A stretch of 64,000 bases of DNA from Hemiscyllium ocellatum (GCF_020745735.1 NC_083425.1:30863575-30927574), one strand, 5' to 3'; counted from the first letter of the stretch, positions 1-14,190 are shown. Numbers and translations are program-made. Notes: a model not told the origin generated them from the sequence alone.

Positions 1-126
1 TTTAAATGGTCATTGGGTAGACATTTGGATGAAAATGGAATAGAGTAGGTTAGATGGGCTTCGGATTGGTTTCACAGGTCGGTGCAACATCGAGGGGAGA
101 AAGTACTATACTGCGTTGTAATGTTC
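1..126 (+). mobile_element. CR1-clade LINE 3' end, truncated by the window edge
   Basis: End of ORF2 (FKWSLGRHLD) followed by a 3' UTR with ggtcggtgcaacatcgaggg resembling other CR1 tails. Confidence 0.6.
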
Positions 127-134
127 AAATCACC

Positions 135-287
135 AAACCAGCATAACTTTAGAATATGGGAGGAAACCCACACCGACACAGAAAGAATGTGCGAACTCCA
201 CACAGACAGTTGCCTGAGGCTGGGATTAGAACCCGGTTCCCTGGTACTGAGAGGCAGCAGTGCTAAACATTAAGTCACCATGCCAGC
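135..287 (-). mobile_element. HE1-type SINE, 5' part
   Basis: Reverse complement of the tRNA-like head and body (gcagcagtgctaa, gaacccgg, actccacacagacag) shared with other copies in the window. Confidence 0.8.
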
Positions 288-719
288 CAAGTCCTATGGC
301 ACTGTTAAAGAGTTCAGCTTATGCATTGCCCAAAAGAAACCCCTCAACTAACATCACCAAACAGAATGGTTGGGTTATCTCATTACTGTTTATGGGAGCT
401 TTTTGCTATATTTAGCTTCCAGAACAGGAAAGCATTTTATTGGCTCAGGCACACAGAAATGCACTCAGGGCACAAAAGGTGATAGATAAAACAAGTAATT
501 TCTTTCACTCCAATGTCCTGTTCAAAGGAAGTGTTTGCGCAATGTTGATTTTGATGGACTATTGATTTTTGAATTACATCATTTGACTTCAACACTTGGG
601 AATTTCATAGACAAACCAGTTCTGGAAAGGGAAAGAACACTGACTTAAAATGTCCATAGCAATTATTTGACTGAATAGGATAGCCAAGCTTCATGAAACC
701 AATGTGGAGTAAATGATAT

Positions 720-782
720 TAAAACAGAAAATGCTGGAAAAGCTCAACAGGTCTGGCAGCATTCATGGAGAGAGAAACACTT
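720..782 (-). repeat. Penelope-type terminal repeat fragment (family C tail)
   Basis: aaaacagaaaatgctggaaaagctcaacaggtctggcagc is shared with copies near 28620, 42320, 54600 and 62960. Confidence 0.6.
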
Positions 783-1287
783 AATTTCTTTAAGGTTCAG
801 ATCTTACCACCAGTGATGCAATTATCAAATTTAAGATAATGGCCTCACACATGAAAGTGCAAACCCAGCAAGGAATGCAAACAGTTTGGCAGAGTAGGAG
901 AGATGATGATTTTGTGATTGCTGAATTGAAGTTGGAGGAAGTTCTCCCTCTCTCAAGAAGGAAAATCAGCCAGTGACAAGATTGATTAAAAATAAATATC
1001 AGGACACCTAGAACTCAACAGACCACAAAAATATTCGCAAAAGGTGATGATATATTAACTAAACAACCACTGTCTAGATTAAAACCATATACCTCAAGGG
1101 TACAAAGAGGACTTGGGACTCTATATTCACATCTTTTTAACTTTGAACGCTTGTGTATGTATGCTTGTCACTTTTATTAACTTTATTGGGGTTAGCAGAT
1201 ATTAAAATTGCTTTTACTTTCATGTAAGAAAACCTTATACAGTAATTGTCTCCTTACCAGTATAATAGAAATTAGCTAGCTACATAG

Positions 1288-1610
1288 GGAGGCATGGTGG
1301 CTCAGTGGTGAGCACTGCTGCCTCACAACACCAGGGACACAGATCCGATTCTGGCCTCAGGTGACTGCCTGTGTGGATTTTGCAAGTTCTCCCCGTGTCT
1401 GCATGGGTTTCCTCTGGGTGGTCTGGTTTCCTCCCACATTCCAAAAGATGTGCAGGTCAGGTGAGTTGGCTATGTTAAATTGCCCATAGTGTTAGGTCCA
1501 TTAGTCAGTGGTAAATGGAGGGAAAATGAGTCTGGGTAGGTTACTTTTCAGAGGATGGACTTGTTGGGCTGAAGGGCCTGTTTCCCACCATAGGGAATCT
1601 AATCTAATCT
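1288..1610 (+). mobile_element. HE1-type SINE, full length
   Basis: A-box-like tggctcagtgg, conserved body, CR1-like 3' tail gggctgaagggcctgtt and (tctaa)n end. Confidence 0.9.
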
Positions 1611-1789
1611 TAATTGGACAGAGATACATCCTCAAGAAAAAAAGAAAGTAGATCTTTTTTGCAGTGATGTTGAAAAGAGGGAAGTCAATTCATGCTCCTC
1701 AATGCAGTGTACAGTAGCAAGATTAACTCACCGAATTTCCATCTCTGATGATTAAAAATATCTTGCCCTCATCTCACAAAATTCAACTT

Positions 1790-2050
1790 CTGACTCCATT
1801 ACCTCCTTAACCTTTATAACTTTTCATATTTCTTTCTAAAAATGTTTGTGAATCCAGAATTAAGTCCTCAACACATGTCTGGTGATAACAGGACTTTATG
1901 AATTCAGTATTTGTTGTCAATAATGGAACCACATTTCTTAGCAACCAGGCCAAAACTCTTGACACGTCCCTTCTATCCTGAGTGAATTGATACTCATAAA
2001 TATACTTATGCTTATCCCTGTTCATTCTGACATGATATGGTATTTTCCAT
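1790..2050 (-). mobile_element. Degenerate CR1 LINE 3' fragment
   Basis: ORF 1807..2061 resembles a decayed CR1 ORF2 C-terminus. Confidence 0.45.
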
Positions 2051-4756
2051 CTTGCTTCCAATGTTAAGTCTTTTTACTGCATTTGTCTCATCATCACTGG
2101 GTTCCTCTATCTCATATTTACCTTTAACAGGGTCCTCTGCAGCAAGTTACCTTGTAAACTTATCTTGTTCATTGCTCAAATTGGGCCGTGGAATAAATGT
2201 TTTCTATTCTTCCATAATTCAATTTCCATTTTACACTTCTGACCCTTTTATCAGAGCCAATAGATTGATTGATGGTGTTGTGACTAGCCTGGAATGGTGC
2301 GTATCTGATGCTTCTGATTATGAGTCAATAAGGCTATTGTTTGTGTGTAGTCTTAGCAGGTAAATTTGTCAGCAAAAAGTACATTTGGCAGTGTTATGGG
2401 TGCGTGTCCCTAGATAATCAATGCAATCACTGAGAGTGAGCATTCAGGAATAAATCACAGGAAATCACAGTCATGCTCTCAATGATGCCATTCCTTACGT
2501 TCAGTTTATGGAAGCATACAAGCAATGTTCTGAAGGGTGTTCCCAGAAGGTAAAGCTCTTCTTCACTTGTAAGGCCTGTTCACATAGTTTTATTTATGGT
2601 TACAAATCCAATATTAATGCAATTTTATGGCAACAAACAATCAGCAATTACTTGTCAAAACCCTTTCCCCAAAGCTTTGTGAATCCTCATTTCTGACTTG
2701 ATGAATTCTGTCAGTTTCACTGACATTGCTATCACAAAACCTTGGCCATTATGGATCGCTGCAATGATTATAAATTAGTGAAAAAAGGGGTAAAACCTGG
2801 TCTACAAACCTTTCTTCATGAAGCATTAATCGAGAAAGTATAATTCACACAGAGCTGTGCACCATCAGCAAGTTTTCAAATTATGCTGAAATTTGACGGG
2901 AACAATCCATGTCTTTAGCAACACTTCAGGCTATCACACATTGCATTCAGTAACGGATTGTCAAATAAACTCAAGCACAATGGATGCACAACTTCATAAA
3001 CTTCAACTTTTGATTTTTATAATCCATAAAAGCTAATTGTTGAGTTTAGAATTTTTGTGCTTTGCAGTATTTTGCCACACTTTTGTTGTTCATTTTCTCT
3101 TTAATTGCAAGGAAATAGAACAATTATTTGAGTTTATAAAATGTGATTTTGTTTAATACCTTTCAGTCCATATAGAGGGCCAAGTAACAGGAAAGGATTA
3201 ATTTAAATTTATCGCACAGAATATTCAGAATGCTGGACTTTATAAAAGATCCATTCCTTGAACTGTTTCCTTAAATTCAAGGTCAAGCTGCATGATTTGG
3301 AGAGGACCATGAGAACTCAAGCTAAATCTGTCCAGAGACAAGCCTATGAAATCTGAATATGATGGGAATAGGAGCTAAGATCAAAACCGTTTCAAGATAT
3401 GGTGCAAATTTAGTGCAAAAACTTGAACACCTAGGAGGAGGCCATCATGCTCGCTGCATACAAATGCACAAATTAAAGGTAGAAACCTATGTTCCCAGGA
3501 GTAGGAAGCGTGATAAGTTAATTATGTGGAAAGCATCAGATTCTTAACAGTGGAATGAAAGTTCACAATTAAGTTCTTGCAACTCTAATTGTAGGTCAAG
3601 CTTTCTGATGCTTGCCCTTAAAAGGTTAGTTCATAAGAATTAAGCTCCCTTCTCAATTAAATCTGCAATTTCTACAACAGCAGATTACTGAATAGGAAGA
3701 ACTTTGAAATCACATGATACGGTACACTTGTTGGAAAAGCCATGGAATATTAAGAGGAAAAACAGATCTATAGAAACCCCAGAGTATTGTGCACAATAGG
3801 ATAAATCTTTGACTTAGATATCAGATGACGGATCATTGAATGCAGCTCCTATTATTTATTTCCATTAACTGGTAGTAGAACTGAATATCAGATACTCCAT
3901 ATATCTGGTGCCCAATCAGTCACTGTGTGTTCAAAGCAAAGTTTTACTCCTGTATCACTCAAAATGAACAGTATTGGATTTGTCTTTTCTGAAAAATAAT
4001 CATGTACATTAAAAGTTAAATGTTATGAATTCCAGACATATGGTCAATTTTATTCTTGATTAATTCTGGTTCTGTTAAACACTATGTTCTTCATATTGTA
4101 ATGCTGATTTTATAGCTCCACAATTACTTAATCAATAAATACACTTTCTACACAGCAACTAATGTATACAGGTCAAGAAGTTCCAATGTTCTATTCCAAG
4201 TCCTTGCTGAATAAGCTCTTAGTCAAACTGTAAGGACAACACAATGGCCAATGATGTTCTCTAAAACAAAAAGAATAGATGCTCTCTCGACTTAGGCACA
4301 AAGAGGAATCGTAGGAAGACTTGTATCTAGGAGGCCGAATGGTCTGGACTTACACAGAGAATTTAGAAAGTTAGGAAGGGAGACTTGGGTGTGAGGCCAA
4401 TATTAAGACATTTGATGTTGGATTAAAAGTTTGGCGGTAACTTCTCTGAACCTTTCTGATGGGTCAACCTTATGATCAGGAAGTTCTTTCACATTCTTTA
4501 GCATGCCGTGAATACTCGTCAACACCTCAGCTCATTGGAATTATGTTCACATTTACAAATATGAGAGAAATACACATTAATAAAGCAGAATACATATACA
4601 AGCTGTGTAACTAGTGAAGTCGACTTCCTCCTGGAGGCACTGTGTGAGTGCAGAGCTTTTCAGTAGCTTGGGTCCTTCATAACTAAGGCATTTATTTGCT
4701 TATATGGTTACAGTCTCAGGGATGCAAACTGCCCAGTCAACCCAGCTCAGCGCCAA

Positions 4757-5835
4757 TATAAGAAATAGCAGGGGGAGACCATTCAGCCACTCAAACATGT
4801 CCTTTCCTTTAATAAGATCATGGTCTATCTGCTGCAGGCCTCAACTCCTCTTTTCTAATAGCTCAGCACAGCCCTCAACTGCCTGAAATTTCAAGAAGAG
4901 TCAAAAGTGTGATGCTGGAAAAGCACAGCAAGCCAGGAAGAATCCAAGAAGTAAGAAAGTCAATGTTTCAGACAGCAGTCCTTCATTAAAAATTTCAAGA
5001 AATCTACCTACCTCCACTTTAAATATTTAAAGTGATCTAAGCCCCACAACTCTCTGAGGTGGGGAATTCCAGCCATTCACTACAGTCTGGGAGAAGAAAT
5101 TCTTTCACATCTCAGTTTTAAATAAGTATTCTCTTATTCAGTAACTACATTCTTGAGTTTAAAACTTCCCCACTACAGGAAACATTTTCTCAACATCTAC
5201 ATGTCCCAACTCTCTGCCTTCTGTATGCTAACCAATCCTCAATCCTTGCTAATACATTATCCCCAACAATGTTGCTTCTATCTTGTGCAATAGCTTTTTA
5301 TGTGGCACCATATTGACCTGTTTCTGGAAAGGAAATACACTATATCTACTGGTTTCCCGGTATCAAACCTGCTTGTATATTCTTAAAACTCCAGCAAATT
5401 TGTTGAACTTCCTTCTCACAGAACGAAGTTGACTCTGTTTGATTATAAGGTTTTCAAAATATCTGGTAATTTCCTCCTTAATAATGGATTTCAGCATTTA
5501 CCCAATGACATATGTTAAGCTAACTGGCTTACAGTTTGCTGATTTCTGTTTGCCTTTTTTTTTGTCACATTAGCAATTTTTCAATCTGCAGAAACCCTCC
5601 TAGAATTGATTGAGTTCTGCAGTATTTTGACCAATGTATTCATCATCTCTGGAGCAACTTTTCTTAAAACCCTTGGATGTCGACCATCGGGTCCTTTCGT
5701 TCCATTGGTTTGACAAATATTTTGCGCCTCATATATAGACTTTTACAGGATCATTTTGCCCAATAGCACTTTTAATATCTGTTTTGTTTGAGATGTTTAT
5801 AGTGTCTTCCACTGTGAAGACCAATGCAAAATATT
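4757..5835 (-). mobile_element. Degenerate CR1 LINE with a nested Penelope-type terminal repeat at about 4895-4990
   Basis: Tail aagaaataGcagggggagaccattcagcc plus reverse-complement RT segments (agctaactggcttacagtt, an NYRPVSL-like motif). The nested insert carries gaaaagcacagc...ccttcat. Confidence 0.75.
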
Positions 5836-6810
5836 AGTTTAAAATACCTAACCTTCAACAACATGGAATAAAATCAGAAGAAAATATATTCTATCAATGG
5901 AATCTTTGCCATCTCTAAAATCCATGTTAACGTTTAAAGAATTGGCACTGTATTTGTTGTTGATATTTCTTCACCTTCAAAAGAAGATCTTCAAAAATAC
6001 CCAGTTGCTTTAAAATTGCCGTTAAACCTTATAACGCCACACGCATAAATATAGTAAAAATATATACCCACAAGTGGTTGAATCAAATACATTTCATCAC
6101 AAACTCTTCTGATTTCATTGGATGAATCTTATTTTCTAAGTCACTTGCAAATTTTGAGATACTGACTGCATTTCTGCATATTGCCTTTGGGAAGAGCTTT
6201 AAACAGTTAAAAGAAATTCTATCATAAGTCAGGGCATGCTACAAAAAATTCTCAAAACTTTACACAAACCTTGATTTAAGGGAGTTGCAGCAATGCAAAA
6301 TGGCCAATAAAAATACTTTACTGAACTCCCATAGAGGCAATATCTTTTTTAGTGTTATCACATTAGCAAGAAAAGTAATCTTACATAGTTTAAGCCTTAC
6401 AACTGCTTTAAGTCAAAGTTGGAATGCTTACTGTTATAGGTGGTTGAGTATATCAATTTTCTCTGTAATGAATAAAGGTTAAATTGCGTAACGTGAGGAA
6501 TTAAAAGAAAAATGTATTAAAAATTACAAACCAATCATGAAAGCTCTATTGTGATTTTTAAGGATGTGAAGAGCTCTGCTTTTCATCAGTGACATGCTGA
6601 GCATAGCTCTATAGCTTAGTAAAAGGACCTGAATTACACAGGTAACAACTGTTGTCTTACATTATTTGGTCTGACTGAATGTCACAGGTAGGGTTTCAGC
6701 AAAAAGCCTGGACGTATACATTTCCACTGCATTAATGATGAGACATAGATGCAGCAGTAGGTTAATTGAGCCTGTTCTGCCACTCAATGAGATCATGACT
6801 GATCTAAAAG

Positions 6811-8243
6811 TTGAAGATCTAAATTGGAGAAACATTAATTTTGATGGTATTAGGCAAGAACTTTGGAGGCAGACGTTCGCAGTTAAAAGGACAGCTGGAA
6901 AATGGGAAAGCTTCAGGAATAAGATAACGGGAGTCCAGGGAAAGTACATTCCTGTTAGAGTGAAAAAAAGACTGGGACGTATAGGGAATGCTGGATGACT
7001 GAAGAAATTGAGGGCTTCGTTAAGAAAAAGAAGGAAGCATATGTAAGGCATAGACAGGATAGATCGAGTGAATCCTTAGAAGAGTATAAAGGCAGTAGGA
7101 ATATACTTAAGAGGGAAATCAGGAGGGCAAAAAGGGGGCTTGAGATAGCTTTGGCAAATAGAATTAAGGAGAATCCAAAGGACTCTTACAAATACATTAA
7201 GGACAAAAGGGTAGCTAGGGAGAGAATAGGGCCCCTCAAAGATCAGCAAGGCGGCCTTTGTGTGGAGCCTCAGAAAATGGGGGAAATACTAAATGAGTAT
7301 TTTGCATCAGTATTTACTGTGGAAAAGGATGTGGAAGATATAGAATGTAGGGAAATAGATGGTGACATCTTGCAAAATGTCTATAGTACAGAGGAGGAAG
7401 TGCTGGATGTCTTGAAACACATAAAGGTGGATAAATCCCAAGGTCCTGATCAGGTGTACCCTAGAACTCTGTGGGAAGCTAGAAAGGTAATTGCTGGGCC
7501 TCTTGCTGAGATAATTATATCATAGATAGTCACAGGTAAGGTGCTGGAAGACTGGAAGCTGGCAAATGTGGTGTCAGTGTTTAAGAAGGATGGTAAGGAC
7601 AAGCCAGGGAACTATAGACCAGTGAGCCTCCAACCTGCAGGCACTATACCTCTATTCCTGATGAAGGGCTTTTGCCCGAAATGTCGATTTTCAGCTCCTC
7701 GGATGCTGCCTGAACTGCTGTGCTTTTCCAGCACCACTCTAATCTAGAATCTGATTTCCAGCATCTGCAGGCATTGTTTTTACCTATGTATTTTGAAAGG
7801 CAAGAATTGATTAGGGATAATCAACATGGCTTTGTGCGTGGGAAATACTGTCTCACAAACTTGATTGAGTTTTTTGAAGAAGTAACAAAGAGGATTGATG
7901 AAGGCAGAGCTGTAGATGTAATCTATATGGATTTCAGTAAGGCATTCAACAAGGTTCCCCATGGGAGACTGATTAGTAAGATTAGATCTCAGGAACACAG
8001 GGAGAACTAGCCATTTGGATACAGAACTGGCTCAAAGGTTGAAGACAGAGGGTGGTGGTGGAGGGTTGTTTTTCAGACTGGAGGCCTGTGACCAGTGGAG
8101 TGCCACAAGGATTGGTGCTGGTCCTCTACTTTTTGTCATTTACATAAATGATTTTGATGCGAGCATAAGAGGTACAGTTAGTAAGTTTGCAGATGACACC
8201 AAAATTGGGGGTGTAGTGGACAGCGACGAGGGATACCTCAGAT
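6811..8243 (+). mobile_element. CR1/HER1-like LINE ORF2 fragment (RT), frameshifted and truncated at both ends
   Basis: ORFs 6995..8257 contain IKENPK..YKYI, KSQGPDQVYPR, PGNYRPVSL, QHGF..G..CLTNLIEFFE, VDVIYMDFSKAF, GPLLFVIYIND and SKFADDTK. Confidence 0.95.
7630..7785 (+). mobile_element. Stand-alone Penelope terminal repeat (family A) with hammerhead motif, inserted into the CR1
   Basis: Interrupts the CR1 right after NYRPVSL. It matches the 3' end of the Penelope element at 41190-41344. Hammerhead motif at 7654-7689. Confidence 0.85.
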
Positions 8244-8330
8244 TTGAATATATTTAACTACATAACCTTGACAGCTCCCTCTGGTAAAAAAAATGCAACA
8301 GATTTACTATCTTCTCAGAGAAGACAATTC

Positions 8331-8491
8331 TTTAGATTAGATTACTTACAGTGTGGAAACAGGCCCTTCGGCCCAACAAGTCCACACCGACCCGCCGAAG
8401 CGCAACCCACCCATCCCCTACATATACCCCTTACCTAACACTACGGGCAATTTAGCACGGCCAATTCACCTGAGCCGCACATCTTTGGACT
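8331..8491 (-). mobile_element. HE1 SINE 3' half (young subfamily)
   Basis: ttagattagattacttacagtgtggaaacaggcccttcggcccaacaagtccacaccgacccgccgaagcgcaacc is near-identical to the copies at 29565 and 36749. Confidence 0.9.
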
Positions 8492-8591
8492 TTGTTATTA
8501 TCTTTCTTATCTGTGATCTAATTCTTTATCCTGAGATTGTGCTATCTGGCGTCCTGCAAGGGGAAACAACCTCTCTGAATCTACCCAGAAG

Positions 8592-9076
8592 AAAACAAGC
8601 ACCGTAGATGCTGGAGATAAGAGTTGAAAGTGTGGTGTTAGAAAAGTGCAGCCGGTCAGGTAGCATCCAAGGAGGAGGAGAATTGTCGTTTTGGCCGTAA
8701 GCCCTTTATCAGGAATGAGGCTTGTTGGCCGGGGGTCTGAGAGATAAATGGGAAGGGGTGGGGCTGGGAGGAAGGTAGCTGGGAATGTGATAGGTAGATG
8801 AAAGTGGGAGGGGTGAAAATATTGTTTGGAGAGGAGGCTGGAGCGGATAGGTGGGAAGGAAGATGGACAGAGTAAGAGGACTGTGCCAAGTTGGAGGCTT
8901 GGGACTGGGATAAGGTGGGGGGTGGGGAAATGAGGAAACTGGTGAAATCCACATTGATCCTGTGTGGCTGCAAGGTCATAAGGTGGAAGATGAGGTGTAC
9001 TTCCTCCAGGCATTGGGTGGTTAGGGTTTGGTGATGGAGGAGACCCAGGACCTGTATGTCTTTGGAGGAGTGGGAG
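8592..9076 (-). mobile_element. Penelope element (family A) 3' end: GIY-YIG C-terminus plus terminal repeat
   Basis: ORF 8656..9093 (SHSSKDIQVLGLLH..LEE.HLIFHL.TLQP..INVDFTSF) parallels ORF 40879..41082. Decayed hammerhead at about 8680-8716. Confidence 0.9.
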
Positions 9077-9077
9077 T

Positions 9078-9390
9078 ATCCTGTCAAAACCACTAATTAT
9101 TTTATATGTTTTAATGAGATCTCTTCTCATTCTTCAAAACTGCAATGAGTATAAGCCCAACTTACTCAATCTCTCTTTATAAGAAAACACCTCCATAGCT
9201 AGATGCCTTCTCTGGACTACCTCCAATGCCAGTGGCTATTTCCTTATATATTATCTAATCGACTTGTTCAGAAATGCTATTGCACACCTCTGGAGTTTGT
9301 GGAACTTGAATCTAGGCTTCTTGGCCAAGAGTGAGGGAAACTGCCACTGCACCACAAGAGCTCCTTTTCATTCCTTAGATAAAGGCACCA
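9078..9390 (-). mobile_element. Degenerate CR1 LINE fragment
   Basis: The start of ORF 8507..9130 reads MRRDLIKTYKIISGFDR, a CR1 ORF2 C-terminal motif. Confidence 0.7.
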
Positions 9391-10491
9391 ATAAATGGAT
9401 CAATCAATGACAGGTGTTACAAAATTAATCATGCAATATAAGTGTCATACTTCAGTTTTAAGAGCAAGCATAAGAAAATAAGCCAATCATTTTTAATGCA
9501 CAGAGAAATGCCCTCTTATTGACTTTAGGATTGGCATTTGAAGAAGAAAGCAAACCAGTAAGGCCTCACATGTAAGTAGCTGCCACTTTGATTTAGCGAC
9601 TCTAATCCTTCTGTTGTTCTAAAATACTGGAGTGGGAATTTCAGTCCAGCATGGGCAGAAATGGCAGTGGGCAGGTGGGGAATTTCACACATTGCCAGAC
9701 TGTGTGCTATTTCCCCAGCTTGATCCTGGACCCTGTTCATTTTCCCAAAGGTAGGCGGCAGACAGAGTAGGGCCATTTATGGCTGGTGGTGGATCTCCAA
9801 AGATCTGAGGAAACTCTTGCACAAAACGCCTATTGAATTGTACTCAGTTCTCAGAAGCACAATGAATAAAGAAAAATAATGTTAATTTGGAGGTCCTTTT
9901 GGTTAATCCTGTGAATTACTTCCTTGTCTAATACCACTGTACTTCTTGTTCATAAGTAATGGATTATCACTGTGCTTTTAGTTGATCATACTTTGCACTG
10001 TCCTCCACCCTCAACAAAGACCTAAAAAAATGCATAATTGTTTTAACAACTCAGTCAAAATCAGAGCTATCACAGAAAGCTTTGAAAAGTCAACAATACT
10101 ATTGAACCAACTTTGCTCAGATTTCGTGTTCTCAGACTGTCATTTCTCCCTGTAACTAATTAATCAGACAGTAATTTCCAGTGATTACACCGGCTCAATT
10201 AACACAGAAACCAGGATGTTACTGCCAAACATTTTCTGCTACTCCAGAAACTTTGTTAACACATAATATGAATTCAATACTAACAAACAAAACCTTTGGC
10301 ATTCAAAAGTAATTGTTTACAAGTGTGGAGTCTTAAACACTCAAATTTTAAATACATTCAACAAACAAGATAGTTAAAACAACAATGGGCTTAATTCAAT
10401 GTTCATTGGAATCCAGTTGGAAGGCTGGTCATGCAGTGGGAGTGGAGGATGCAAGATGGACCCTTCCTGACTTCAGCACTATCTCCCATTA

Positions 10492-10630
10492 AGTTGAAAA
10501 TCACACAACACCAGGTTATAGTCCAACAGGTTTAATTGGAAGCTCCGCTCCTTCATCAGGTGGTTGTGGATCTGGTGTTGCATGATTTTCAACTTTGTAC
10601 ACCCCAGTCCAACACCAGCATTTCCAAATC
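10492..10630. repeat. Fold-back Penelope family B terminal repeat
   Basis: Inverted arms gttgaaaatcacacaacaccag and ctggtgttgcatgattttcaac surround a partly deleted hammerhead (ctccttcatcaggtg). Confidence 0.7.
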
Positions 10631-12889
10631 CTGATCTCATTAAGTCAGTGGTGAGAATGGTTAAGGTCAGGTTTTGTGCACATGATACATAAACACCAAC
10701 ATTAATTCATGAAAGTGCTCTCTATCATGAACACTGATGGATCAAGATCTTTGTACTGTCAGCCAAATCATTTTTGAGAAAGGATCTGCACTTAATCAGT
10801 CTTTTTTGTAAAGTTGCTGCTGGAATAGCTGAGTGTTTTCATAGTTTCAGCACTTGCACATTTCTTTTTTCTGCCAAAGCTCAGTCATGATTTTATGCAT
10901 TGCAATTGTCTATGCTTCAGTGCAGGGGAAACTGGAGGAGAACAGGAATAAGGTTGAGGGGAACAAAGTGTTTGGAAGTGGTGTTGAGATTATTATGATA
11001 ATTAGCAGTCATCACAATAAGAGATCATTTTGAATAGATGCCCTGCCATTTAGTAGTTAATACATCTAAGTAAGTATTTAAAATTAATGCATTCATTATA
11101 TTTAGGCACAAACCATTAAACTGCATTTCTTTAAATACTTTATATATTATATACAAATCTGCAGAATTACTGGCTCTTCAGCAGTTCCCGATTTCTTTCA
11201 TTCAGTGTTATTTACCTGTACTTTCGGCACAATGTTTCCAGTGCCATTTGCTAACCAATAGTAGAGTGTAGGGGTTTCTGTTTTGAAGATCTTACAAAGC
11301 AACACTTGGTCATCTAAAATTGCTTTGGCTTGCTCCTTGTGAATGCAGTGGAAAACAATAATTTTGCACCATCAATGTGAATTTTACATTGAGCTACACT
11401 GACATGTTTTGCAGGATGTGTGTTGGGCACCAAAAATGTGAGCCAAGGATGAGTGCATGAACTTCTGGGAATTAGTGCATGACTTGTAGAGCAGGTGCAT
11501 CCAAAAGATAATTATGTCAAAGATCATATTGTTAATGAGACCACCTACAAATGCAGACCAACACTTCCTCTCTGTCAGGTTATGTCACATTACTGATACA
11601 GCTCATCGTCAGGCTCTGTAGTTCTGCAAATTATGATTCTGAACATACTTGCCATTACCTTCAACAGAATTTTCACTTATATTGCTTCTAACCTATGCAG
11701 GCACCTTGTCTTGCTGATTTATTGATCTAACCACTCATTTGGGTATAATCTTCAACTCATCTTGATGGTTGAATTCGTTTCATTTCTGGCAGAGTTGATA
11801 CGGTAACCTGCATAGCAATATGCGGCTTAATTTTAATCAATCAAAGATACACATGCAATACCAAACACATCATTTTTCACTAATTGTTCCTTGCACCTAT
11901 ATCTCCACTTCAAGGAAAACAAAAGGATGCTTATTGCATTTATGGACATAGGAGTGAGCATTACTACAATGATCAAATGCATGCATTACTTATCAAAGGA
12001 TGGGTGACATTAAATTATTAGAATGGAATTAAAATATCAATTCTTCTCATAATGCAGAGGAATTAAAATCAGATCTTGATAGTTTAAGCCCAAGAGTTTA
12101 GAGTGTTTTCTTGATCTTGGTAAACATTAAAGTATTAAAGACAATTAACCAATGGTTAAATAAATATTAGAGTATCCAGGCAGAGTTTCATAACTCTTGT
12201 GAGAGTGTGTAAGCAATAAATTCTGGACAGAGCACTGAGGCCAGACTAGTGTAATTCTTTCCAGGAAATGAAACTAATATTTTCTGCACAAGCAGTTTCA
12301 GTAATCTTTTTCTTACCAGTTCATCGTAGCTTTTTCTATCATGTTACATGCTTATTTCCACTGAAAGATTTTTCTCCCTTTTCATTTCAATTTGATACCA
12401 AGCAACTACATTTTAAATAGGTCTGTTAGCTACTAATTTTTTTTTATTCCAGCTTGGTTTTAGCATACACTCTCCATCTGATTCTTAACATCCATAGCAA
12501 ACACTTATTATTTTGAATTTCTCTCAGGACTCTCAGTATTATTTTTTCACCTGCACTTGTGAGTTAACATTCAAACATGCAGGAACATTTTGAGCTCTAA
12601 TAAATTAGAGTGATAATATTTTGTATTTATAAACAATTTTGCAGATTTCTGATGTTCCTGGAATTAGTTATGAACTACTTTTGCTAAGATGTTGATCTCT
12701 TTATCATTTACAATATAATTGTGCTGCATCTCATGTGTCTAATATTGTAAAGTGTCATATGTGCAAAATGCAATTATTTTTGTAGTCGTCTTGCTCAGGT
12801 TTCAAATCAGAAGTGCCCTTTTAAACAAAGATATTTAAGTAGGGAACAGAAACCAGTTGCTTACTGCCATTTTACTCTGATCTAACTGA

Positions 12890-13340
12890 CCAGGTCTTAT
12901 TCCAACGCTCCCTCACCACCAGACGCCTGGAAGAAGAATGCCTCATCTTCCGCCTCAGAACGCTTCAACCCCAGGGCATCAATGTGGACTTCAACAGTTT
13001 CCTCATTTCCCCTTCCCCCACCTCACCCTAGTTCCAAACTTCCAGCTCAGCACCGTCCCCATGACTTGTCCAGACTTGTCTGACCTGCCTAGCTCCTTTC
13101 TCACCTATCCACTCCACCCTCTCTTCCCTGACCTATCACCTTCATCCCCTCCCCCACTCACCCATTGTACTGTATGCTACTTTCTCCCCACCCCACCCTC
13201 CTCTAGCTTATCTCTCCACACTTCAGGCTCACTGCCTTTATTCCTGATGAAGGGCTTTTGCCCGAAATGTCGATTTCGCTGCACTTTGGATGCTGCCTGA
13301 ACTGCTGTGTTCTTCCAGCACCACTGATCCAGAATCGGAG
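12890..13340 (+). mobile_element. Penelope element (family A) 3' end with hammerhead motif
   Basis: RRLEEECLIFRLRTLQPQGINVDFNSF is followed by a pyrimidine-rich UTR and a hammerhead at 13240-13275. Confidence 0.9.
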
Positions 13341-13760
13341 TTGCCAGTCTAACAGAAAATTTCCTAATTACCTGACTTCTGGATGAGGCCAATTTGAACA
13401 AGACCATTTAGGAGAATCTTGAATATAGGTCTTAAAGGAACAGAGTAGGGAAAAAAATATCACTTCAGCAGTCAAATTTCACAGCTGTGCTGCCAAACCA
13501 AGATTAATAATGAGTAGCTCCACAGGATATCAACGAACTAACAAAAATCCTTTCTCACATCTGTTCAAACGTAGACCGACAGAGTTAGTTGGCATTGTGC
13601 AATGCTGATCATATGATTATTTAAGCTTAAAATTGTTCAATTATATTTGAATACATGTGCTTTTTTTTCCACTGAAGGACAATTTACATTTGGGGTCCCA
13701 TAAAGTGGACTGAAAAGCTGCTTGAATCAGAACCAGAAATTGTCCATATTAGTCCAGTGT

Positions 13761-13762
<2 letters not shown>

Positions 13763-13828
<66 letters not shown>
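13763..13828. repeat. (GT)n microsatellite, about 32 units
   Basis: Directly visible. Confidence 0.98.
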
Positions 13829-13835
<7 letters not shown>

Positions 13836-14190
13836 TGAGATAGTGACAGAGCATAAGCCTGTGAGACAGTGTGCGCGTGGGTGTGAGTGTGGGGGCTGTA
13901 TGTGTGGGGAGCAGAGAAACTACACCATGTTCTTTGCAGCCTGCAACACCTTACCGATGAGTATGAGCACCTCACCAAGACCTCCCTATGCCTCCACATC
14001 TCACCTTTAAACAACCGCCAAATCTTAAACAGACAATTGTTCACAGCACACTGCCCAGCCTTCAGAACAACATCGACACGGCACCATACAACCCTGTCAT
14101 GGCAACCACTGCAAGACGTGTCAAAGTTATGGTGGTGCTGGAAAAGCACAGCAGATCAGGCAACATCCGAGGATCAGGAAAATCGACATT

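Noticed and set aside
1288-1370. tRNA-like heads of HE1 SINEs as tRNA genes
   Set aside because: They are continuous with the SINE body and CR1-like tail and form no complete cloverleaf.
4611-4640. Minus-strand VPPGGS resembling MGAT5B GVPPGRGSC
   Set aside because: An in-frame stop follows four codons later and there is no DLIYTDYHG motif.
11216-11316. Minus-strand open stretch ending IVPKVQ|gtaaat, resembling the end of the preceding MGAT5B exon (PLPKVQ)
   Set aside because: It lies downstream of the exons it should precede, and the upstream residues show no similarity to WMRARWTSDPC...EWFCPP. Treated as chance.
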